From positions 1-32,510 of the forward strand of contig DF237742.1 of the NCBI GenBank assembly GCA_000708835.1: a DNA stretch of 32,510 bases, given 5' to 3'. Source of the DNA: Klebsormidium nitens (Eukaryota; Plantae; Klebsormidiophyceae). The notes under the pieces were generated by a model. It did no database searches. It was not told the origin of the DNA and was given only the letters and a program-made list of their open reading frames with translations. Each line of letters starts with the position of its first letter. The first letter of the stretch is position 1. The position numbers were made by a program, and so were the translations under genes. Positions 23,016-32,510 of this stretch are shown one piece after another.

Positions 23016-26000
23016 TCAATCATCTTGATGCGGCTGCGTCGTTCTGCTGAGGAAAGACGAGATTGGGGAGGTGATTCCCGAGCGCCACGTGGCGCCCGGA
23101 GCTTTGAAAGGGCTGCGCGGAGAAGCGGCGAGCACAGCGCGCGCGATCGGAGAAGCTACCGGGCTAAGGAAGCGAGGGGAGTGGAGGGGGCTCATGTTCT
23201 GGGAGAAGGCGAAGAAGAAATCGTCCTCCTGCACGGAGAAGAAGAACCGTCAGATTCGTCCTACAACCCGAGTAAGGGCCAGGTTCGCGGGTTTGGCAAT
23301 CCGCGGCAAGGAGAGGGGATGCTATCGACCTGGCAGATTGCGGGGCAACGGAAAGCGTCTGCATCTGTTCAACCATGTTCCTTCAGATCCACATTCAAGG
23401 ATAGGTTGGATAACGACGGTGAGAAGTCGTGCAAAGCTGAGCTGTCGACGCCAGAATCCGACTTTTCGTCGCATCTGGCTGACGTGGGCGATGTGGGGAA
23501 CACTCACCCCATCTGGGAACCCAGGACTGGCAAGCGCGTCCCCTCGGGGCGTCAGGCTCAGTAAGGTCGACCGCGAAAGGGGCGACCCTTTGACGCGCGT
23601 GGACATCGGGATGGCCGGGGACAGGAGCCCGGAGTACGTCAGCATGCCTGGCAAGAAAGAAACTAGAGCAGATTTAGCGAAAGCCCAGACGGGAGCAGTG
23701 CATTTGTGGATAAAAAATAATAAAACAAGACGAGGGTCAGGGACATGGGCACGGCTTGGAAGTAAGAAACCTGAGAGCTTTCACTTTTGTAACGCTTGCG
23801 AGCGACGTTTTCTAGTTTCCCAAGGAGGTCGCAGGAAGACAACCGCGGCATGCGGCAATGGCAGTGCTGTGCATACGAAACACGTCTTCGCAGCGTTCAT
23901 AGTGCACACGAACCTGCGTAGCAACCACAAGGATAATTCTGATTGGACTACCAGATATCTACGGCCATTCTACGGCCGTCAAGTTGCTATAAGCCCCGCC
24001 AAACAAACGTACCTGGTGAAATAGCAGGGCCATCACCTCCCTGCCTCGCATCTTCAGCCGCCTCGTCCGCAACTTCCGGCAGCGCCAGCAGCCCGGGCAT
24101 GCTTTCTGACACCAGACCTTGCGCCGGGGAGCCCTCTCTGACATCCGAATTCCTAGTGTCAAAGCGCTCCTTCCCGTCTCCTTTTACCTTTTCCTCTGTC
24201 CTCTTTGAATACCCCTTGACACGGTCACTCTGTTCCCCTTGTGAAACGCTCGGGAACGTGAAGCTGGTGTCAATCGGGGCCGAGGTCGCCAGGTCGGGCG
24301 CCTCGTCCGTCAGCTCCGTGATCCGCGGGCTTAACCCGATCTCGTTAGCCATGTCATCGAAGCAGTAACCACCGGGCTCAAAGAAGAGTTTCCGGGGGGT
24401 CAGACCGTACGCGCCGAGCATCGGTGAGAATACGCTCAGAAGCTTGGGGGTGGTCATCGGGGAATTCCCCGGGGTGTTGAGCTTTGGTAGGGAGGGTTTG
24501 GGCAGCGGAAGGGCCCCGACGGTGGGGCTCCTCGGTAGGGACGGGATCATGCCCGGGGAATTCAACCCGGGGGATCCCTCGTGCTGGAACGCCAGGGGCG
24601 AGAGGCGGAAGCAGGGCGGGTCGACGTTCCGGTCGGTGTACAGAAGGACGCCTGCGCGCGCACGGTGGAATGTGAGATGCGGGAAAACAAGTTTTGAGAT
24701 TGATCGCTCGCTAATACTATCCAAGATGAGGACGGCAAGGAAGATGAGTGACCGTGCTTGGCATCAATAATTTGTTACCTCGTCAAACAATTAAGTGACT
24801 GAAATGCAGGGCCCCAGTAGGTCTTCATTCACTCCTGGTGGTTAAGGAAGAATTTACCCGATAAGGTCACCTCACAGCTCCGGTAAAGCATTCTGCGGTA
24901 TCATTCGCGCCAGTTTCTACTCACCGTCCGAATCGTCAGCCAGGAAATGCCCGCCAGCGGTCGACCTTCTCGACGCCCCCCAGAAGCGGTCCTCCCACGC
25001 CAAACCCTTTGCCGCGTCGGCGGGCGCGCACGCGGAGGTGGGGGTGAGGTTTAGCGAGGGGGGCGCGCTCGAGATGCCGGAGCCGACGAAGGTGGGGGAG
25101 GCCTCGAAGCCGGGGGTGATGTACTGGTGGAAGTAGGACTTGGACTTGGGGGTGGACATCCACGAGATGATCTGGAGGAAGAAGATATGATTATGAAGCT
25201 TTGGTTTCAGTATTCAGAAGAACGGAGTTGCTTGTGTGCTCCGAAGTAGCGGAGTATCCACCTTTTTGATTGTTAAGAAAGTGAGTTGGGGGTGAAGCTT
25301 TGATTTTAGTCTGATAAAATAGGGAGTTGGAATCAGGACTTGTACGCGGGAGTGACATTCACGAGATGTTTGAAGAAAGAGAGAGAGTTTGATTTGTGTA
25401 GGGAATCGAGTTGTGTAGAGTGAGTGTACGAGCAGACGGAGCTTCGGCGTAGGCCTTGAAAAGTGGCACTCCCACAGATGACATCGAAAGCTAATGTGAG
25501 TGGACTGTGGAGCCGTCCTGATCGGTGCGCATCCATTGAAACCTCGCACTCAATCAGCCGTGCCTTTCAGACGAGAGCGCCTTCTAAGAGGACCACTCAG
25601 TATCACAGAAGCCGACAACCCGTACCTCTTGCATGTCGTTCTGCGACTGCGCCTGCCGATGCGCGTTGCTCCGGGCCAGCTCGCGGGAGTCCATGCCGCG
25701 CTCCATCGCGAGCGCGGTCCGCCGCATTGCGCTCGGGACGCGCGGCCGCACGCCGTGCTGCGCGAGCTTGTGCAGGGTTTCGGGGTTTAGGCGGCTGGGA
25801 CCCACGCGGGTGGAGCTCAAGGGGCGCGCCCCCGGTTGCTTCCCCTCTGTAATACAAGGAGCAAAATGATGTCAAGTTTTACTAGTGATCAGAGGTTTGC
25901 GAAGGAGTATGACTGCTCAAATCTCGTTTGTGCGCGACCAAGGTCGGAAAAGCCGTTTCATCTTAATCATAAAACCAGAAGCAGGTTCGCCAACACAAGA

Positions 26001-29000
26001 ATCCTTCGATGTCGCCTTTCTTATTGAAGATTGATAGATTGATGTTCGACGGCTTCGGTGCGGCGAAACGTTGTGCAGACTATGCTCCTCCTTCGTTAGA
26101 GCTTACGGGCTCATGAAATCTCAAGCTTTGTCGTATCTTCCTTAGAACTTCGAAAATCTCGCAATGAAGTTTCTAAGTAACGACAATAGTTGCAATTCCA
26201 CCTAGACAGGACGAACGTGCAGCTGTCAGTAGCATCGAAAAGCGCTCTGCACGCACCATGCGGCGAGGACGGGTTGCTCCCGCTCGTCTTGGGTATGTGT
26301 ATCGACAGGCTGGGCCTCGTGCGCTTCGGCTGATGCTGCATCTCCGCGGCCAGCAGCCCGACCGCCATCTCCGTGTCCCGGGGCACCTTGTGGACACGTG
26401 TCAGCAGGGCGTCCTCCGGCAACGCGATCTTCAATCCCCCTTCCCGTTTTGTATACTTCCTCTTCACCCGGGACGCCTGCTCGGTTGCCAGTCTCCCGGG
26501 GCTCGTCTTCTGCGCCTTGGCGCGCTGAATGCTGGCCAGGGCGTGCTGCAACTGGGTCGGGTAGCTGCGGCTTCCCTTCCCCCCCGGACTGCCGCTTTTC
26601 GAGCTGGGGGGGCGCGACGCCACCTTCGGGCGACCCCCCTCCGGCGTCCCGTAGATCACCCGGGCGTTTACGTTGAACTGGGACGCCGCTCGGTGTAAAC
26701 CATTCTGCCTCTGCTGATGCTGGTGCAGCTCCTCTGATGTCAGCATCCTGCCCCGCTTGTGGGCGCGCGCGCTGCCAGGTGGCGTGCTGCGGTTGGCGCC
26801 TCCGGGATGGAACCCCTGGTGGTACTCCGGGTAGGCGCCATGTGCCGCTTCGTCAGCGTACCACGTGGCACTGTCCGGCACCTCGCCCCGGGCCCCGTAG
26901 TGCTCGCTGGGATAGTAGCTAGAATGGTGGCTACTCCTGCGTTCATTTGAATGCCCGTTTCCCCTGGGATCGTTTCCATCCCCCACGAAAAGCAGCCGTT
27001 GATAGGCCCCCCCCGGCAGCTCTCCTTCGGAAACGAAGTTCCCCTCGGACGCTTCCATCCCTTGACTCATATGACCGCCGCCGAAAAGCTCAGCCACGAG
27101 CGCCTGTGTCCGCTGCTCTGCGCTCTGGGGGGGTCGATACCTGCCCGAGTTGTCCCCCCCGGAGGAACCCGCCGCCTGCCAGTGCATCGAGAAAGGGTTG
27201 CCGTCCCTCTCAGCAAACGACTCGGAGCTTCGTTGCCGCTCGTACGCCGTTGGACCTTTCCTCTTGACCCCCCCGTTTTGTATCCGCTGAGCACCCCCCT
27301 CCTGTGGCGTGACTTTTGGCTCAAGCTTGGTCTTCACGATGATGGCACCCGGGTAAGGGGCGACCACTCCCTCTGGCGCCTTGTGCTCGATGGTCGCCCT
27401 CTTCCGCCGCTTGCGCTTGCCCGGTTTGTCGCCCTCAGCAATCTTCTTGGCCAGGGCGCAGTACCGGTTCTTCACGGCGTTATCTGTCCTGCCCGGGACG
27501 AGCTTGGCGATCTCAGTCCACCGATTGCCGTAGTTTCGATGGCCCTGCAAAGCATAAGTAGACGATATGATGAGCTGCAAGAGCCCGATCCCTTTATCGT
27601 TGTGCCCCGTGAAGGGGAGCTGCTTCTCGCGCTTGCAATCAGCCAAAAGGGTCGCAAATCTGAACGTTCCATGATCCGCCTTTGGAGCTAGATGGAGCTC
27701 AGAGAAAGTATCAACAACTTGAGCAGAGAAAGCTCGCAGATGAGCAGAGAAACCAGATCTGCTGGAAGCTGCCGTGTGCAATGAGTATCTCAAAGAAAGC
27801 CTTCAAAGCTCCAACACTGAGAACTGGACAAGATAGGTAGAAAAAAATCGTTGGGTATCGTTTTCATGTTCAGCTTGTTGAGCTCAAATTGACTTGGTGG
27901 ATCGGAACGTTCTGTGAAGGCCAGGTCCCTCCTACTTTTTCTCTCATTCTTGTCCTCTTTGTGCCAAATCTAACGACCTGATGTGCTCGATCCAGGATTT
28001 GAGGATTCTTGCTGGAAGTCAGCGCATAACGATCCATCTATCAACTCGCAAGAGCAACTGTAACGCCTTGAGCTTGCTGAGCTATTGTCAGGAATGTTGG
28101 GTCTTAGCTTGCACTCAATGTCTGCAACAAGACCGCTGTGCTCAGGTTTGCCAAAATGGTCAGAAACGGAACCTGCCAGGGGGTCAGCTAGAGTACGGTT
28201 CGTGAGATTGAATTATAATGCATAGCCTTCGTATTCGACTGCAAGCTTTCTATCATGCTCACGATTCCCAAGCAGGAAAATTCAGCATGTTGTGGCTGAC
28301 CTCTAGCAGCAGCCTGTCCTCCTCCTCGCTCCAGCCTCCTTTCTTGCCTATCAGGTTCATGATGATCTGCCACCGGCGCCGGCACTGCTTGCTCGTCTTC
28401 TCAGCCATCTTGCCAGCAATAGCGGCCCACCTGATATCGATCCAGTTGCATATGGAGTCAATCTTCAAAGTGTAGATAAGAGAAAAGTGCAGAACAACGG
28501 ATATTCCAAGCAAGTTTTGATGGCAACAGAACCTGTCAGTCCTACATGACAAACTGCTGAGAGGAAGCAGAATAGACTTCAAGAGCTCACTTTTGTGTCC
28601 CATATTTGCCAACCAAGTCTCTTAGCTGCTCATCTTCCTGCAAAAGAGAATAAGAGAACCTGAGAACACTATGCAGATATGGACGACAGAAGCTTCTGCT
28701 GAGGCCAGCACATGCAGCAGTGCTCCATCTGTATGCTTTGAGCAGAGATTTGTGACTTTTTCCACAGAATCTGGGACCTAAATCAGCTGCAGAAAGAAAT
28801 ACGTAGAGAAAGACGAAATCACTTGGATGCACATCAAACTCATCATACTCAATCATCTGGAAGCTTCCAGTCTGCAATTCTGCATTAGCTTTAATTGCCG
28901 AATCCTTGTCCTTGAGTAACCTCGACCGTTTGATTCTGCCGTCAGCAGTTGGTTGCAAACCATTGGACCCCTTTATTGGGAGGAAAGAAAATTGCAGATA

Positions 29001-29454
29001 GGTCCTCTTCTGCGGGGAGCTCTTGCAACACGTGTCTTTAGGTCCAGTTCTCCATTGCCATGTCGCAACAGGCAGTTGGTGAGCTTGTGATACCTTCACT
29101 CTCATGGATAGTCACAGCTGAGTGGCTGGTCTGTCAGCGTTCAATTACTTACTGAAGGTTCTAAGGTGTACTTACCTCTGTACTCCAGATGACAGGTATC
29201 TTTCCATCCTTGCCTAGAGGTGCATCTTCAGCAGATTTCACCTGCGCCACAGTCAACTGGATGGCAGCAGGTTGGAACTGCTGAAGCTGAGGTTGCAAAC
29301 CCTTAGCCGATGTGTCCTGGTACATGTAATACGCCATTGTATCAGGCAGGGAGGTGCTTGCAGGACGTCTTGGGTTCATCCTTTGCGAAGAAGTGGAAGC
29401 AGCCACTCCAATGCAGGCAAACCCTTCCTTTAGCACTGCATCAGCATTTCTCAT
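23016..29454 (-). CDS. R2R3-MYB transcription factor, FOUR LIPS/MYB88-like, 9 coding exons, about 1030-1070 aa
   Basis: Exons (29454 or 29337)-29176, 28637-28591, 28430-28301, 27544-26257, 25846-25626, 25171-24925, 24651-24013, 23647-23508, 23228-23016; GT-AG and phase-consistent. Spliced domain: WSTEEDEQLRDLVGKYGTQKWAAIAGKMAEKTSKQCRRRW...KKGGWSEEEDRLLLEGHRNYGNRWTEIAKLVPGRTDNAVKNRY. QCRRRW, GGWS-EED, TDNAVKNR and the non-Trp last aromatic match the FLP/MYB88 clade. Start codon uncertain. Confidence 0.88.
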
Positions 29455-30173
29455 TCAGCACTTATCCAAACCCTTCTTTGGCGGAGTCAAGCACCTTCCA
29501 CTGTCTCAGCTATCACTTGCATTTTAATGATCATTGGGGCGAGCTCCATGCCGCTCCTTGCTTCCAGCCCGCAAACAAGTCCTCTCCTTTAAGCAGGACA
29601 CTGACAATCGTCTGCTTCGATTGCAGATGCGAGCTGGATCGCCTGACTCATCTCCAGCTGTTCCTCAGCATGTCTCTTCCCCACTTTGCTTATGCTGCGT
29701 TAATGATTCAGCACCAGCTGAAAATATGGCCGGGTCACCTTCAACATGCTTCCGTTCGTATCCTGCTTCTATTATTCTCAGAGGGATCCTGTTTCAAGGG
29801 CAGGAGCTGTTCCTTGCGTTTGCCAATGCTCTGCCAATGGGAGTTCATCCTGAACGCAACAGCTGCAGGAACAGCTCCACACAGGCTCCACTCTGGTTGC
29901 AGATTGCATCGGCAAGCTGGTTTTGCAATCCAACCTCACGGTACTGAGCCTCGAGCTCTATAGATACGGTAAGAGCAAGCAGGATTTTTTCCGAGACAGC
30001 CTGGAAGTCAAAGCTTTCTGCCATCTGAGTCGCTGCAGACTGCCCCTAGGCTCATATAGAGCCCTTCGGTTTGCCGACTGCGGTTGCGGCAACTTCCTCC
30101 AACCTTGCAGGGCTAGTTACTGTAGGCAGTGTAGCTGTGCCAAGTTGAAAGTTTGGTCGAAGAGCTGACCTAG

Positions 30174-30389
30174 GTACTAGGTAAGTACGGTGTAAGGTGA
30201 GAATGCTGAAGTACCTACATACTACATGATGAAAACGTCCTGATCTGATTCATTGGGACCATGCGAGATATGTAGCCAGGGAGGCATTCAGTCCTACTAT
30301 GTAATACGGTAGCTTCGAGTTGTACCAGCTGTGTACGATACGGTATGCTGGCCGGAGCTAGGCTGGCGGTGCAAAGTGTACTGCCGTAC
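30174..30389. promoter_or_regulatory. Cluster of seven GTAC cores upstream of the MYB gene (candidate SBP/SPL-type sites)
   Basis: GTAC at 30174, 30185, 30211, 30322, 30333, 30378 and 30386; two lie within CCGTAC/GTACGG. Function is inferred only. Confidence 0.3.
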
Positions 30390-30991
30390 CCGTTCACGCG
30401 AACTCGACTGACCCGGTGTGCTTCCAAGGTGTTGCGGGCCAGGCCTGTTATAAGTAGCAGTTACGATGCCCCAACATCGGACGGTGGTAGGCCCTAGACT
30501 CGATTTGACTACGGTAGATCGAGGGTATATAGACAAATGACGTCACTGCTTCAGACCTCGCAATCACAGGCAGGGAAATGTTCGCCGGCCGCTTGATGGG
30601 AGATTGTGCGGCTCAGAGAGAACGTAGCCTTCTACCGGGTTTAGGCTCGGGGAATGCTAAGCTGCTATAAGTTGCAGGCACGCTGGGCCTGCAGAGACCG
30701 GTAGAACTGCAAGTCGCACGCCGCCAGTAGGCCCGGCCGCCTAGCCGGCCGCGCTGCAATTAATTAAAACCCTGAACCTCCTTAAGCCCGGCCGCGTCAG
30801 ACTGGCGGGTTGGCGCCTTGAAGAAGCGTCGTCCTAATTGCGCTTTGTTCAAGTTGATTGCGCAAAAGGGGAGGCGCCAGAAGGGGCGCTCCAAGGAGAC
30901 CTTTGTTTTATTGGGGGATTCACACCACATAAGAGCCCCCTTGTGGTGATCAGTGGGAATAGGCCCTGAGTGCAAATAGCCTGTACCCGCC

Positions 30992-31938
30992 ATGGAGCCG
31001 CAATTAGGAACCCTGATCGAATTGCTAGGGCCAGCAGGACTGATTGGGGAGTACTTGTGGCATGAATTGCCAGGGCCTGCACCAGGTACGGGTAGAAGAT
31101 TCTGGACCAGAGTCGTGGACGTTGAAGCGGCAACAGGCAAGTTTTGGCTGGAAGATGGAAATGGCGAATTGTTCCATAGATCGGTGGACCAATCCGAGCT
31201 TAGGATCGGAATTGGCTCCAGGTATCCCGGGGACACGCTGCTTCTAAGGCTCAGGGAGAAAGGCTTGCAGCATGACGTCTTCTAGGTGGCCATTCCCGGG
31301 GCCCCTCCTTCTGAACCACTGGGTCCGGTAGGGCCAGCAGGTGGTGCTCAGCAGCAACAGGGGCAGGCCACACAGCAGCAGCCAGTCAGGAGAGTAACGA
31401 TCCCTGACCCACCAGCTGTGACGCCAGGGGCTGCAGTGCTTAATGCTCTCACCCCCGGTCTTATGAGGGAGGCAGACACGACGGGATCAGCAGCGCGACT
31501 GGAGAGGGCATTCAAAGAGTTTGTGCAGAAAGGGTCACTGATCTCGCATATGGAGGCAGCTCTGCGGAAGATCCCCAGGGATTCTCGGGCGTGGTATACG
31601 AAGTTTGAGCAGCTCTTCGAGGTATACAAAGAGCCAGACCCGAAAGCGGCCCACCTAATGGCAGCGGTCTACTTCTACGCCAACCAAATCAACTTCGTGT
31701 CTAGGGCCTCGACCTCGAATACTTGGCGGATGGGTTCATCACTGATATGAAGATGGCGCTGGAGGAAGCAGGGGACAGCAGCAGTTGGACGGCGGACACG
31801 GTGCGAGACCTCGAAAAGCAGATAAAGAAGTCTTTCGAGAAGTACCGCAAGGAGGCGCAGACCCAGCTGGGGGAAGGCAACGCACGCCCCTTGGTGCTGC
31901 GGGGCGCAGGAAGCGGAGGCGGCAGCTTTGGGAGGTAA
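30992..31938 (+). pseudogene. Decayed intronless ORF of about 315 codons: beta-rich N-terminal domain, P/G/Q linker, all-alpha domain; possible mobile-element structural (gag-like) gene
   Basis: ORFs 30992-31285 and 31286-31750 are in the same frame, separated only by TAG 31283-31285. The frame then shifts near 31702-31705 into GLDLEYLADGFITDMKMALEE...GGGSFGR*, which ends at 31938. No RT, integrase or recombinase motif and no terminal repeat seen in the window. Confidence 0.55.
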
Positions 31939-32288
31939 GGCCTGGATAAGTTAGCTTTCGCATCTCAGTGATATGATCGTGGCGGGGAAGCCACGAAAAT
32001 GAACGTTGTATGGCCTGGACTGGACTCTAGCTGTTGCGCCCTAGGAAAGGTGGCCAGTCGAGTGCATAATTCAGTCAGAACACATGCACTTTATCAGAAG
32101 CCTCGATAGGTATTGAAGAGCAAGATGACGAGGCCTGCAACAGATGCGAGTGGAACTTCAGACGCTTAAAAGTCGAGCGAATTGCCATGCAAAGAAAAGG
32201 AATCCTCCCAAAGTGAGGCTGGCAGCAAGATTCAAAACGCCCGCAAATGTTCTTGAAACTTTTGATGCCACCAGATTGTTCGCCGATA

Positions 32289-32510
32289 ATGGGCGGCCAA
32301 GAAGAACGCGGGGACCCAAAAATAAACAAAAAAAGTTTGGCTCAGATGCCATTGACAAAAGTGAAGCCCTGAAGCGGCCTTATTAACAAAAACCTCCTCC
32401 AAATAACAGGAGCGGATCCAAAGATGGGCAGCAAGTAAAACGGAAAAGGCCAAATGGCTATTAAAGTTCGGCTCAGATGCCATCACAAAGCACAGCCCTG
32501 ATGTGACGTC
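32289..32510 (+). repeat. Diverged direct repeat with about 131-135 bp period, running off the right edge
   Basis: ATGGGC at 32289 and 32424; AAAGTT(T/C)GGCTCAGATGCCAT...AGCCCTGA blocks, with GGCTCAGATGCCA at 32339 and 32470. Confidence 0.55.

Noticed and set aside
23228-23263. Alternative acceptor (TTGTAG at 23261) for the last MYB exon giving a short different C-terminus
   Set aside because: Weaker pyrimidine tract than the acceptor at 23229, and only the 23228 frame continues the SP-rich character; no evidence of use.
22938-24024. Long plus-strand ORFs (22938-23564, 23071-24024; also 26951-27691) as separate genes
   Set aside because: They are antisense to phase-consistent MYB exons and show no domain features.
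30765-30780. TAAAACCCTGAACC as telomeric repeat or telo-box
   Set aside because: Only one good unit and one degenerate unit; too short to call.
30760-31236. 158-aa minus-strand ORF overlapping the decayed ORF
   Set aside because: Ser/Pro-rich antisense shadow; the plus strand has the more protein-like sequence.
1-32510. CRISPR arrays, rRNA, tRNA, LTRs or prokaryotic operon structure
   Set aside because: None seen; repeats lack unique spacers and the genes are spliceosomal.

Overview
Eukaryotic nuclear DNA, intron-rich with GT-AG introns and mostly GC-rich exons; a streptophyte/green alga (Klebsormidium-like) is my inference from gene content and structure, not something the sequence proves. 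I assembled five spliced genes by hand from splice sites and reading phase: a 15-exon soluble starch synthase I (+, 316-10696), a 4-exon plastid-targeted pirin-like protein that has lost its iron ligands (-, 14879-11917), a 2-exon MEA1-like protein (+, 15541-17062), a 2-exon protein with four CX2CX22CX2C zinc fingers (+, 20011-21693) and a 9-exon FLP/MYB88-like R2R3-MYB (-, ~29454-23016). Two intronless ORFs are interrupted: an RNA_ligase-family nucleotidyltransferase with all motifs intact but one in-frame TGA (-, 19060-18242), and a ~315-codon ORF of unknown, possibly mobile-element origin with one TAG and one frameshift (+, 30992-31938). No rRNA, tRNA or CRISPR array was seen. Family names come from motif recognition without database searches.
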